A DNA stretch of 64,000 bases from NCBI GenBank assembly GCA_036172245.1, contig JAYWIR010000005.1:4464001-4528000 (forward strand), written 5' to 3'. Positions 13,990 through 27,569 of this stretch are shown here, in pieces. Numbering within the stretch: the first letter of the stretch is position 1; each line of letters begins with the position of its first letter. A model generated the notes under the pieces. The model was not told the origin of the DNA and searched no databases. It saw only the letters and a list, made by a program, of their open reading frames with translations. A program made the position numbers and the translations under genes. The DNA is from Raillietiella orientalis (lineage: Eukaryota).

Positions 13990-16900
13990 AGCTCTCGTTT
14001 GCACTCCTGGAGACCATCTCCCGCAGTCTACGGTGACGCTGCAGTCACGGGACGGATACCCTGCCGGCATGGGACAGGTACGTTGCAGGCACATTGCGGT
14101 CACACTGCACACTAGGGTGCCTCAGGCATGCCTTGCTCTAGGGAGGCATATGCAGATGATGCAGCCGTTTTTTGATGACTTCCAAAAAAAAAAACGAAGA
14201 AAGAAAAGCAGCACTTTGGGTCTTCGGCATGGCCTTTGCAGTTGTTGTTGTTTTTTTTTTTTGGTTTCTTCCTTCCTGCCTTTGGTTCTCCGAGCGCCAC
14301 TCTCCTCACCTCAAGAGCAACCAGCGCGAAGGACAGCGAAGGACTCTCGACCGGGAAGCGAATCTTCGAGAGACACAGCTGCTGGCGGTTTGCGATCCCC
14401 AACCGCCAGGAATGTGCGCTGCCGTGTGTTACGGGGGAGGCCGTCGTGACCTGCCTTGGCGCGCGCGCGCGCGTATGCTCCGCCGCCCGCGGACTTCGCT
14501 ACTGCGCTCTCGGGTGGCGCCGTGACAGCGAACCCCGCCGTCGTCTGCGGCCGCTGCTTGCGCCCGAGGGCATCTCTCGCGCGAGCCCAGACGCGAGCAG
14601 CCGCGTCTGCGCGCCACTTGGATGCTTCGTACGCGTGCAGCCAAGTCTGGGATCCGGGATTTCCGCCCAGGCACCGGGGATCTGCGGTCCTCCGGAACCC
14701 ACCCGAGGACGTGGGATGCTGCGAGGCGGATCGTTCCGAGGAGAGAGATTTCCGCGCAGAAACGGAAGAAAGCGGCGATCCCACCCTTCTTCCTCTTCTC
14801 TGTTACCGTGGAAACGACCGCAGCAGCAGTTTCCTCTCTGCCTTCCCCACCTGGAATTCTCTTCCCGGAATGGATGCTGGAGTTCTTCCTAAGAAGGAGC
14901 AGCTTCTAGACTCGGGAACGCCGTCTGCTAGAGGCTCCTCATTGTTACCCCGGGGATGCTAGGAAGGTGTGGGCCGTCTTCGGGACGGAAAACTTCTACT
15001 AGGAGCATGCTCTGTACCCAGGATTCTGAGGCTGCACAGGGGGGTCCGTTCGGCTGGCCAGCCGAGGGGTCAGCCGGCATCACTCCACGTGCAGGGAGGA
15101 GGGTGCGTTACCGAAGAGACACGCATGCGTTCCCCTGTGGAAGGGGAGGAGCGCTCAGAGTTGCCCCGACAACACCCTCGGAAAACCGAAGCGGCGGTAG
15201 GAGGAATCCTGCTCGTCCCCTCCGCGAGCAGCGACGGTAGGAGATGAGCCGGGTGGAAAGGAATCGCAGGCAGAACCACGCAAGTCCCTGACAGAGGGGT
15301 CCACGGGGATGCAGGATGACCTTGGTCTACTGAGGCAGCTTCTCTAGGAGATCCCCCTATTTTGGAACCACCGGTGGTCTGGCTCATGGGCATTTTTTTT
15401 TTTGGAGGGGAGGGGAGGGGGAGGGGAGACTCCACACTGGCGTCCTCTTTTCGTGTACCTACGGGAAGGGAGAAGTGACCACGATCTAAGGCGCTACCGC
15501 ACTCTAGGATGTTTTTTGTTTCCCCTTTGTAACCCGCAGGTACGTCGCGGTCTGTGGAATATTGCTGTGGGACGCCCCTTCCCTCCTAGACGGAAGATGA
15601 GTCGCCTTGGAGGGTACCTCTGGATTGGGAGGAAAACACTCCTGGTCTGGTTTTTGAGGCCTCCGAGGTTGCGGGTCCCGGTGATTCCCGGGTCCTGCCG
15701 CGACGTAGGGAGAGCTTCCTGAATCCGAGAGAAGGTCGCTCTGACTCCTCGGAGGAACGAGAAGGGCGGTGGCGGCGGGGGAAAGGGGATGGAGAAACGA
15801 CGGATGGCGCGCGTGCAGTGTTTGACTCGCGGGAAGCAGGGAAATAGGGCCTGAGCGTGGACTTCGTCCCTGAATCCCCCTTTCGCGGGCAGGGAGCGTC
15901 CGCATCCTCCCGGAGACGCATCCTTCTCTGCTTCCCGGAAATCGCGGGAGCGGCGGCTCCCAAGGCCGAGTTCGTGATTATCTGCGGACCGGTCGAGGTG
16001 ACGGTAAGGGGAAGATGGGCCGGGGAACTGGGAGAAACGGTAAACGCCCTCCGGGAGGCTGGAGGACTCCGTGCGCGCCGGGATGTTCACGCTCATGCGG
16101 CGGCTTCCTGCTGCCTCCGAAGAAGGAGGGAGGGAGCCCCAAGGCGGAGGGATCTTCGCCGTTCTCCGAACCCGCTTCCCTGGGGTCCCGGGAACACGAG
16201 AGATCGGAAACCCTGAAGGCTCGGGTGACGCGAAAGGGGATCAAAGCTCCAGGCGGTCAGCAGACGAAAGGGGAGGACGGGGATGTCTTTCGGTCACTGT
16301 TGCCGGGGAGACCGTCCTGCCGGCGACGTGCGAGGAGACCCACGGAACGCAACTTCTCCCGGCGGAAGTTCCCGTGAGCTCTCATAGAGGATACCGGTCC
16401 TCGGTGCCCCCTGGCTGTGACAGCTCCTCGCGGTGGTCCTCAACGACGGGCCGTTTTCCGGCGCTCGCTCGGCTCGGCAGAGGCTGGGCCGCTGCATATG
16501 GGGAGGGAGGAAGGGATCGTTGCTCCGCGCAGCTCATGGGGGACGTCGACCCCTGGGGGAGGCATTTCGTCGCGGCAGACAGCGGAGACATCGCCCTTGG
16601 GCTCTAGGGGACGCAGGAGAGGCGCTCCTGGAAATCTGCCTTTCCAGGAAGGTTCCCGGAAATCCTAGAGGGACGAGGGTGGCTCGCAGAAATCTCCCCT
16701 TCCCGTGGTAGGGAAGAGGCAGCTGACTTATGACCAGTCCCCTTGCAGAAGGAAACCGACGACACGCAAGAGAAGGGGGAGGCAGCAGGTCAAGTCAGTC
16801 GTCTTCCCTACCCTGTGCGCGCGTCTCGCGCTTCACCGGCAAGATGGCTTCCAGGAAGGAAGGCAGCATTCCTTTGCCTCCAACGAAAGCGCACGGGGAA

Positions 16901-17500
16901 GCTGCGATGTGATTGGAAGCCGGGCCGAAGCCAAAGGTCTCATTTGCCAAGTTGCCCTGAGGCGGGGAAAGACGGGAGTCGTAGGTGCGCCTAGGCGCTG
17001 CGAGGTCTGCTTCCGAGTGGCCTCACATGCCATTCCGTGAAATGGGGGAGGGAACGGGGGGGACTGAGACTTCTTCACTCGGGCGCTGCGCCCCGGAGCT
17101 CCGGGACGCTTGGCGAAATGGCACCCGTTTGCCCATGAACCGCGTCCACCGGAGGAGCTCGGGAAAGGGGCCACCGGCGAGGAAAGATCCTGGCGCGCAG
17201 CGGAAGGGTCTGGCATCTCTCCGGCGGTCTCCTCGCACCTGGAAAAGCTGAAGCCGCCGTCCCGAACCTGCTCTTCGAGGTCCAAGATCACTGGCAATGC
17301 TTCCTGGGGTTCCTAGGAGGAATGGATCGGAGGATGGCCTACGGTAAGGGTGGGGGATGGAAGATCCCACTCCGGCCACTGGTGCAGGTGTCGAGGACTC
17401 TCCACCGTTGCTTGCAGCCACGTTACGGGGCGCGGATCGGCCTGCGCGGATGCATGCGGCAGCATCTGCAACTTTTCGCGCGATGCCTCCGCTTTCGCGA
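13990..17500 (+). pseudogene. Scattered degenerate LRR fragments
   Basis: VTGRIP(frameshift)AGMGQ at about 14044-14077. RFPGVPGTREIGN at about 16170-16212. SGISPAVSSHLEKLK...SKITG in ORF 17110-17316. GWKIPLRPL in ORF 17322-17513. The matches are sparse and by eye. Confidence 0.3.
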
Positions 17501-19784
17501 AGCACTCGGATGATTCCACAGCGTTTTCATTCTGCAGCAGCACCCTCTTCTGGCTTCCTCCTCCGCTCCTTTCGGCCTCTCTTCCCGTCCACCTCCGCTC
17601 TCCGATCCTGCTCCATCTTCTTCCGTCCCTGGCGTGATGTGTCTGCTCCCGTCTACTCCAGAGTCCCCCTCGCCCACCGGTACCATGATGCTTCGCCCAC
17701 CCCACGCCCCGAGCGCCACGATCCTGATCCGTAGGGGTGACCCTTTGTCCGTCCTCCGGCGGAATGGGAGCATCGTCTGGGTCGTGTGGAAGGTCACTTG
17801 GAGGTGGTGGCGGCGGCAGCCGAACGCTTCCCGCGAGCGCCAGGCTGGGTCTCCCGTCCTCCACTTGCTGTAGGTCCGCGGGTCAGTTCGCGTCTCGGAG
17901 GAATTTCCACGAAGGCGGGCAGGAACGCCTCTCCTACCCCTCTCGTGACACTTCGAGCGCGCGCGTGTGGAGGCGGGGGTCTAGAAAGCGAACGGTCCGG
18001 AAGAAGAGTACTCTCGCCCGCAACCCTCGCCACTCAGTGGCGTGCGCACAAGGGGGGTGCGCGCGATTTCCCTCTTGCCATGGGGAACGCGCTGATGAGC
18101 ACGGGAGTGCGGCGCACGGCGCGCCTGGAAGGCGTACAAGGGCGCGCCCGCGCCCGCTTTCTCCTCTTCTCACTCGGACCTCATGGACCTTCCCCCTCCT
18201 CCTCCTCCCCCTCGGCGAATCTCGTAGCTCCGCGGGATGACCTCGCAGCCTCCCTTGAAGACAGCTATCAGCGAGAGGCAGTGCTCCTCCCTAGTAGGAG
18301 CTGCCTAAGGGTCACTGTCCTCCGGAAGCAATCCGCGTTCCGTCCTGTCACCGGTAAACGAAGGAACGCCGCTGCTACCTTCTTTCTCGGGCCGGGAACG
18401 GTGCCGCTGCCGCCCAGGGACTTCAGCGATGCTTGAGAGGGCAAATGCGCACTGGAGAGGGACCCACTCGAGGCTCAGCGTCTGGGTGCTGGCACGGACG
18501 TGAGGATCACCGGGGTCGCCGAGTCTGCTCTGGGCTCCCGCGGAGGAGCAGGGAGCGGTAGCCGCATCCCTGGGTCTGATCCACTCAGCTTCAGTTAACT
18601 AAGAAGCATCCTCCTCGAGGCACTCAAGGGAAGTAGACGGGGAGTCGGACCGCCGATCCCGGAGGCTGACCGTTCTGCTGCTGGGGAGCAGGGCGGCTTT
18701 CTGATCCCGCCGCCGCCGTCACAGTGTCCTCGCCGCCCCTCGACAGCTGCCGAGCTGCCGCGAGTGATCTGTGGTTTCGTGCGCGCGCCGATGATCACTG
18801 CAGGCAAAAGAGATCTTTGGGCTCGACCGGATACTGCAGTGCTCTTCCCGTCTGAAGCACTCGTGGCGCCGCGCTCTTCCTCCAAGGGAAAGGATCAGGG
18901 TGCAGCAGGAGACAACGAAGGTCGCTGTAGAGGAGATGATGTGGAGAAGAAGTGTTGGAGGTACGGGAAAGAGGTGATGGGGTGTGTGAATAAGATGCAA
19001 GAACGTCGCCTGGCTCCAGCTGCATCGCGCGTTGTCCCCCCCCTTACCCTCCCCCGGCACCAGCGCTTGCTGTTGAGAAGCGTGCTTCCTCGGAGAAAAG
19101 AGTGCTGGGGCCGACTTCGACGTTGGGCCGGGTCCAGATCCATGCCAGAGGAGAGGGGTGCGGATTCGAATGGGAAAAAACGGAGAATAGAGCGCACTCG
19201 GACCCCTCGACCTCCTTTCTGGTCATTGAGGAGGAAGGGAGTGGCTGCAGCGATCTTTCCGGATGTTCCACCCGAATCCCGACACATGACCGGCAAACGT
19301 TCGAGGGAGCAGCCCTTCTGGTGCTCCCGGGCGTAGGCCCGGGTAGGAGAGGAAGCGAGCGCCAAGGGAAGGAAAGGGCAGCTCTTCGCTTGGAGGGGCG
19401 CGTGGTGCGAAGTTTCGAAGGGCGGGGAGGCTCCATTCATAAGAGCCCCTGGAGACCGAGGAGGAACTCCTTCCGCCGGAGGGGTGCAGCCTCATCTGCA
19501 GTGCCTCGTCTCGAGCAGCCACCAGACCGGTAGTTGCTCGAGATGAGATTCGCTTCCGGCGTTTCTGATGGAGGGTGAGGCGAAGCCAGGATCAGCTCCT
19601 CCCACGGGTGGAAGGTGAGGGAATGGGCCCTACAGTGAACGGAAAGGAAAGAGACGAGGGGCCGCTGTTGATCTCTGCGCCGGCAGAAGCGAGGAGCTGC
19701 TTGCAGGCGGAAGGGGGCGGGGGGTTAGTCCTTCCGGAGGACTCTCTCCCTGCAGGATGATTGGAGTGGGGTCACAACAGCAAA

Positions 19785-19965
19785 GTGAGGAAAGGGAACG
19801 GTGAAGATGAGTGCAGGAGGAAGGAAGGAGGGAGGGGAGAAAGAGGGAGAAGAAAGACGGAGAAAGGGAGGAAGAGGAGAAAGGGAGAGAGGAAGGGACG
19901 ATTATGAGGAGGAGGATAGGGAAGAAGGGATGATGATAGGGAAGGGTGGAGGAAGGGAGGAAGGG
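19785..19965. repeat. Purine-rich (GA/GGA) low-complexity tract
   Basis: About 180 bp that is almost entirely G/A on the + strand (ggaggaaggaaggagggaggggagaaagagggaagaaag...). Confidence 0.85.
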
Positions 19966-22474
19966 ATGCGTGTGCGCCGTGTCCAGGAAACTCCGCCTCC
20001 TGCAGATGCGCTACCGGGGTGCCGCCCTGCCGCCGCCCGCTCCCTCCCTTCTCCCCGCGAATTTCCGGATGCTGCACGTCGGTTTCCAAGAGACCGCTCC
20101 GCCTGGCGATCAGGGGAATCGTCCCTCTTCTCCCTTCTCCCCTCCCGCCCCCACTTGCACGGTTCCAGGGGATTCTTCCTCAGAGAGGGCGGCGGAGCGG
20201 AACGCTCAATGCGCGAGGGGAATTGGGCCTTTTCCGGGGACGCTGGGCTCCCGTCCCGTTTTGGAGTCCGTCTCCCTTTGTCTCCTTTTCGAGGGCGGGG
20301 AGGCGGGAGGGGAGGAGTCCGTGGGGCTGGACGTAGCCTGGGGGCAGAGTCTGCTCCTCCTCCTCCTTCGATCTTCTCGCTTTTCGGTCCGCGGTTCCTC
20401 CCTGTCTCCTCCCCCCCCCCTCCTGGAGAGACCCAGCCACCACGTCATCTCAGGAGTTCCCCCCCCAGATCAGATAGAGTCGTATGTGAGGGGAGGGAGG
20501 GAAGGGGAAGGAAATTTCTGGGATCCCCTGGCAACGGCAGCGGCGGAATCAGGGAGGCCGTCCACTGCGTGTTGGCACCTCCCGGTGCCGCTCCTGCTGC
20601 TCCCGGGGGAGGGCATCCAGCAGAAGGGAAAGGGGCACGTACGCGCGGCGCCTGTGGCACCTCCCCCGGGAGTCCTGATCCCTGCCCCGCGCTGCTACCC
20701 CGCTTCGTTCCAGAAGGTCATCGAAGAACGGCAGTTCGGCAGGGATGGAGGTGGGTGGGGTGAGGCGCAGCACCCGCTGTTTGCTTCCTGGGGCCACCTT
20801 CTCCGCCACCCATCCTCTTCTCTAGGACGACGCCCGAGGCCAATTTCTCTGGGCGTCTCCGGCGAAACGCTTCATTCGGGCGTGGTCGACCGACCGCGGG
20901 CGTGCCAGAGGGCGTCGCCCCCGGACCAAGGAACTTCGGCTCCGGGCTACACTGGGCTTCCCATTTTCTCTCTGCAGAGGGGCAGAGTCAACCAGGAGGA
21001 AGAGGGGGCTCTCTGGGAAGGGGGAGCGAAAGGGGCAGGTGCACTTTGCGCCACAGAGAGTCCTCAAGGATGACTGTGGCCCAAGGGTTGGACCCCGAAA
21101 GAGACAGTCGAAAGCTCCTGCCCTGCCGGTTTGCCCTCTCTGCTGTTCCTCCGCGTTCTTCCGGTGACGAAGACATAAAGGGAAAGCTTCCCCTTCCTCC
21201 CCTCCCCCTTCCCGGGGGAGCGTTCATGACTCCTTCTTCCTTCCAGCAGCAAAGCTTCTGATCTACGCGCCTTTGTAAGCAGGAAAAAAGGGATGGCGCG
21301 GTTGCCACCTCCCCGGAAAAGGCCCCTAATCCACTGCCACCTGCAGCAGCACCGAAGAGCACCCTAGCTCCCGACGTCACCTTTCGCTTCCTAGATCGTT
21401 GCCTTCCTCTGGAGGAGCTGCGTAGGGAACGCCTCGAGAGGCATGTAAGTTTGGACCATCAGAAGGTCATCGGACAATCTGCTCCCCATCGAAGAACGGC
21501 TACGGAGGACCAGGTAAAGACACCTCTCTTCCGGAAGGCCGATTTCTGGGAAAGCCTGTGCTCCGATCTCCGCGGCGAGCAGGAGCATCACCATGGGGGA
21601 TCCTTTGAATGGGTAAGGGGTCGTCCTGGATCTCTCTCGCCTTCGGCATCTAGGAAGCTCGTCGCCTTCCCAGTGAAGGCCATCTCGGCCTATGCGGTTC
21701 ACGATGCTTTGCATGCGGAAGGAGCGTAGGGGCGAAACATCACAGTCTGATCCCGAACGCCTGCTACGCGGAAGACCACCCCCTGAGGGAAGCTGAGCGC
21801 AGCAGTTGCTCCCCTGAGAGCGCTGTGAGGTCAGCATGGCGGGAACCGCTCGGCGTCCTCTTGGTCTCCTTCGAAGGGCAGCACATACATCGTCTTCTCC
21901 TCCCCCTGAAGATTTCCCTTCCTCACCCCCTCCCCGCGCCAGCTGCGCCACGACCGTCGACTGGCTCTACCACCCGTGCACGCACCCGTCCTCTCCAGCG
22001 CGCCGCGTGCCAAGCACGTGAAGGGTTTTCTTCCAGGATAGCTCCGGGCTCTCTCTCGCGCGTGCCCGACGTGGCGGGTGCCCCCTGTTCTACTTGGCGC
22101 AGGTGTGGCGCCGTGTCTGAGGACGGAGAGAGGGAGAGAGGACCGCGTGCGCTCTCTGCGTCCCTTCCCTCGCCGCCCTTCGCGACAGCACCGCCTCCGC
22201 CGCCGACCGGCTGCTGCTCGCGCACGCTCCGCTCCGCTCCCTGCCCGACCCAAGTGATGGGCGTCCCCTCTGGGAGCAGCAGCGATTCGGAAGCCCCGGT
22301 TTCCTGCTGTCGGTGCTCCCTGGTTCCCGCAGGGAGCAGCCGCATCGTTCCTGGTCCCGACTCAGCAGCTCTCCACTTGCCTGGTTTCGCCTCGCGCGTC
22401 GGGCGCAGATCCGCAGCGAACGGCGTGGGACCGACGGGTGCGCGCGCACACTGGAGCGCACTTCTGGTTCCCAG

Positions 22475-22497
22475 GCAGCAGCAGCAGCAGCAGCAGC
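22475..22497. repeat. (GCA)7 microsatellite
   Basis: gcagcagcagcagcagcagcagc read directly. Confidence 0.95.
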
Positions 22498-25400
22498 GCG
22501 TTATCTGTTACTCGTAATCGCCTCATTTCTGCTACCTGTCGCTACACAGCTGCGAAGCATGAAGAGTTTAAAGACCATTAACCGGGATGCATTCTTGGGA
22601 AAACACTTCTTTCTTATTACGACCAATCTGACGTCTTTTTCTGACAGTTGAAAGGGACGGAGGATTTCCAGCGTGGGGAAGAAAGTTATCTGTCCCCCCC
22701 TCCGTGGCGTGATATCCGCAAGGAAAACGTCGGCGATAATTCACCCCGGGCACTCGCATTGTAAATTACGCTCTCCTGCACCCCGCATTGTTATTCTTGC
22801 TGCCTGGAGGAGGAGGCTGCTGGACGGACAGATGGATCCGCGCTCTCCGCAGGCACGAAAAGCGAGCAAACGCGGGGCGATTTATTGCGGTTCCTTCTCG
22901 GGACGTAAAACAATTACAGGCTCGTAGGAGAGGCTCGCGTCTCGCCTAGAATTTTCTGGTGCTCACATCTTTTTCATCCTTTGAATTGCCTTCCTGCCCG
23001 AGGGCCTCCTTCGCATCGCGCGCGCGCTCGCGAGCTCCGCGGCCGACCTGATTGCCTTTGGCAGAATGGCTCTGGCGTAATTAGTACCCCCATGATGTAT
23101 TGCCGACACTGATGGAAACAAGCAGTCTCCGTTCTTGCAATAATCAAGCGAGGTGAAGGACATGGCGTTCATTTGTTTATCCGTGGAAACGACCGAATGC
23201 TAAGAGGAACCCCCTCCGGGATTCCCGGTCGGCTTTAGGACGCTCACCGCTCATCTTCGTCACCTCGTTTTGTTTTTTGTTTTTTTTTTTTTTTCGTTTT
23301 TTTTTGGGCTTCGCGCTTTCCGAAAAGGCGCAGCGCGCGCGCGCCTCTGTAGCCCGCGATCGTCGCGAGGTGGCGCTTTTTCCTCTTGCAGCGGGAAGGT
23401 AGCCCCCTGCACACCAGCTGCGTTGACCGCTTCTCGCCTCGGGCGCGATTCGCGCCTCGACGCCGCCGCCTTTCTCCGGGCTCGGGCGGACGAGGAGGAT
23501 GACGACGGCGCGCATGCGCGCGAGGAACCTCTCTCCTCCGGATGTCTCCGGAGGCGAGCGCAAGGTCCCCCCTCCCCTCTTCCCACTCGTCGCTCCCCTG
23601 TGTTCCTTCGTTCCCTCCTCTCTCTCCTCCTCCCCCCTCCCCCTCCTCCTCTTTTTCCTCCTGCTGGAAACACTTATTGAGCAATCAGCTGCGGCTACGA
23701 ACCACGGGCTCTCCGCGCGCTTCGTGCCTCCGTCTCGAGTTCCTTCCCTTTCGGCTGGGCACTCGGGTGTCATGCAGACGGACGCCTGCCAAGAGCTCGC
23801 TCGCATGCACGCACGCACGCACGCCGAAGCCCCTCAGTAGGAATGTGGCCATCGATAAGGAGGGTCTCTCCTCTCCGGGTTCTGCGGAGGAGACAAGAAG
23901 AGACGGGAGGCGAATCGACTGACTATGAACGCGGGATGTCCGAGGAAAGCGTCTCCCGGGTGAAGCGAGCGAAGGAGTCTCTCGCCGATAGATCGATCTT
24001 TCCTTCACCCTGAAGACCGCATTCTCCCGTCCTGCTTTACGAATGGGCACCTTCCTTCCGACAGGTCATAGACTTCCGGGAACGCCTCCCTCCGAGAGAC
24101 TCGGCTGGCCCTCCTAGCCATGCGGATGGCAGTACCCACGGAAATCAGGGCCGGGGGAGAAATGCAGCGAGTTCCGGAGGGGAGGAATGGTGGCGCCCCT
24201 GGAGACGGTCAGCGTCCCAGGGGCGCCGCCATTCCCCGGCCGAGCGCGCGGAGGTCGAGTGGAAGAAGCAGCCCGGCTGGAGAGGTGGCCAACGGCGAGG
24301 AAACACGCGAGCCCCGGACTTTCTTGATCTCTTGCGCGGAGGCAGAATACAGAACCCTAGGGTTCGGAGGTATGGGGAAGAGGAAGGGGCGCTCCCTCCA
24401 GTCCTCGCAGGCCGGACCGCTGCCGGAAGCTTCCCTCTTGCAGGAGACGGCGGGGCGGGAAGCGTCAGATACGCCTCCTGAGGAACTGCAGGCGAGGGAG
24501 CGCCGATGTCTCTCCCGAACGCTGGTCTCAGGATGGGGGCGAAGCCGGAAACGTTTTCTCCTGGCAAGTAGGAGTGCCAGGCGATCCGGGGCGGGTGTCT
24601 GCTGTCTCGTTAGTGCACGACCCCCTTGCAGGTGTCGCCTCTGTCTCTGCCCTGGCCTCTTCCATAAATCACGCGCCCCAGTCAGCGGCGTGACCGCGGG
24701 GCGACGTGTCGCACGTGAACGAGCGCGGCGACTCGAGAGGGGGTCGAGTCATGCATGCCATTCCAGTGCTCTTCCTTTCGGGATGTTCCCGCTTCCCCTC
24801 GAGGGCTGCCCCTCTGTGATGGGAAGAGCTGCCATGTGAGCCGAAGAGCCGGAAGGGGCTGGCCACCCCTGGGAGCTCTGAAGAAGCTGGGGTTCGCACC
24901 TCCAAGTTGTATTCACCGAGACGCCTCTTGGAGACAGGAGGTTTGGTTACCCTGGTTGTGGACGGCTCTTCCGCGCTCCCTTTCGATTCCCTGCTCTCCT
25001 GGACCAAGAGGGCTCTCCACCCTTCCCTTTCCCATGACGACCCCATTTTTTTTCCTTTTCTTACCATGGCGGCTCCCTCTTGAGAGTTGCCTCTCGAGTT
25101 CCGCCGCCTCCAGGGCGAACTCGACCCGTTTCCGTATGGCTCCGCGCCCCAGGAGACTCCACCACCGTTCCTCAGGCGCCCTCCGGGAAGCGTCCTCCCA
25201 GCCGCGCTTCCCTTTGGGCGGTCGGCGTGCGCGCGCTTTCGTGCCGCCAGGGCGCTGCTGCGGTCGCGGGATTCGACGACTCAAAGCTCAGGACTTCTTT
25301 CTCTCCCTCGGGAACCATGGGAGGAAGGGCAGAATATTCGGACACTTCCTTCCTACACGCCCTTCTCCTCCTCCTCGACGTCATGATCCTGTTGTCGCGT

Positions 25401-27569
25401 CCCTCGGGGAATCGCCGAAGAGTCATCCAGTATTTCCGCCCCCGCGCGTTTCTCCCTTTCCGGTTTCGTCTCGTCCCTGCGCGGATCGAAGGATCACCAG
25501 AGCGTGACCGAAGGGTGGCCGGCGGTCCTAATTTTCTCCGCGCCGCCATCCGACGCTTCCCTTTCCTCCGGAGCGCTCCAGCAGTCTCCGGGCTGGTCGG
25601 AAAGCGCAAGGTAAAGGGGAGAGACCCCGTCGTCGTTTCCGAAGACATGGGAGAGGCATCGGCGGGGGTTCGCTTCGGAAGGCATTGGGGTAGTCGCAAC
25701 CCGGAGCAGAGCGGCGTCCACTCAAGGGCAGATCTCCCCCTCGGTTTCTTCGGTTCCCCCACTAAGCCCCCCTCATCGTCGGCTCTGTAGCCGCCGTGAG
25801 GACGGCGGAGGTCCACATCACACGCCTCCGCTGAGCACCCGCACCGAAGGAAGGAAATGGGCAGGCAGTGTGGTCAAGCCGCCGTTTTTTTTTTTTTCCT
25901 TCCAGGCGACCTCCGCGATTCTGCCCTCCCACGTGATCACGAGCGCAGAATCTCTTCGGTCCTCGCGCCCTTTACACCAGACACCGCTCTACCGAACTCG
26001 GTCGTTTCGGTGCGCCTTCGGGCGTTTTTTTGAGGAGTTTCGTGATTTCCTCCTGGAAGATCTCGATGCTAGGCGGAATTCCCGAGAATCTCCCGTCGCG
26101 CGAGTCTTCTGGAAGTCTAGTCGGTACCGACGCGCCCCATCCCCGATTCCGGATATTTCCGTGAGATCTGCTCAGTGCCCTCCTTCCAGGCGGAGGCGAG
26201 TGGGCAGTCCTCCCCCCCCCTTCCTCTCCCCCAGACTCCCTGCCTGCTCAGGAAAAGAACAGCGGCTGGGCATGCTCCTTAACAGAGCGAGGAATTCCCT
26301 TTGGGAGGGGCAGAAGGAAGAAGCCCGGGCGGTCGTTTGGTGTGGGTATCCTAGAGAGGGAGAGATCAGGAGGAAGCTCAGTCTCTTCGAGTTCCCACGA
26401 ACCACAAGCCGCGAGGCACTGCCGATCACCTTCCTGCGTGCGGTTCGTCTTTTGGTGCGCGGGGCCCTGCTCAAGGGGATAAACCGACCCCCTTCCCGTG
26501 CACAGCTGCCCGGCTCGCGCCAGGAGAGAACTGTTTCTTTGCTCCTCACCCGCGAAGAGCAGAATGCGAGGAGGGTGGGTGAGGGTCGCTTCGCCGACGG
26601 TACCGCCCTCCGGAGCACGGCATATGCGCGTGCACACACACCCTGCGGGGGACGCAGGCGCCGAAGCGACGAGTCCCCCCATTCCGTTCGCTCACCCCCC
26701 CCTCTCACGTTTAGCGCGCTCCCCGTGACGCGCGGAAGAGCTGGTGAGGAAAGGGCGCGAGCTGCCGCTGGTCGTAAAGCGGCGGGGCGGTGAGACGCGA
26801 CCGTCGGCTCCACCTCGGCGGAGGGAGACTATGTCCGGCGCTCGTTTGGTGAGGGGTCCACGAGGTGGCACGTCTCGCTGCCCTCGTCCGTTGCGGGGGT
26901 GGACTTTGGACGAGGTGGGTCGCCGCCCGTCGGTTGCATTCGTGGCTCTTCTCGCCTCTCCCTCGCGGCCTCCACCAGGCCTCTGGTCGGAAGAAGCGGC
27001 CGACGGTGAACTGCACGCGCCTCGTGTGTCGTCTGCGCGTTTTCTCGAGCCACCTTCCGGAGGATCGATCGTTCCGCGTCATCTCCGTCGTCTCGCGCCT
27101 TTCACGAACCCAGCCCGAGGGCTTCTCCGCCTCGCCTCATGTCGTGCTTCACGTTCCTTACGGCAAAGATCCTCTCCAGACGCTTCTCGGGTCTGGTTCG
27201 GGCCTGACGGCGGTCCATGAGTCGGTCGGTTCCTCCCGACCTAACCGGACGGCAGTGCGCCCCGCTTCTGGAACCGACCGATCGGAGGAAAGTGCCAGAA
27301 CGTGCAGAGGAGCTATCGGGGAGTAGGTCCTCGAGAGGAGCGGGAGTAGGAGTCTTAGAAGAGACTGCCGGAAATCGGGAAGGGGGGAGGGAAGAGGAGG
27401 ACGGAAACACGATGGGTTTGTTTGTGCCTTCCTGAGCACGCTCGTCGCGACGGGGAGGAGCCGGAGAGGAAACGGCGACGTTAGACGCAGTGTCCCTGGA
27501 ATCATGGATCAGGAAAGTGCCATCCTTTTCATCACAGCTCCTGTTTCCTGGATTTGTTCCCGAAAAGAA

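Noticed and set aside
21391..21951. Possible reverse-transcriptase-like peptide on the - strand
   Set aside because: There is no YxDD, RNase H or integrase motif and no LTR pair.
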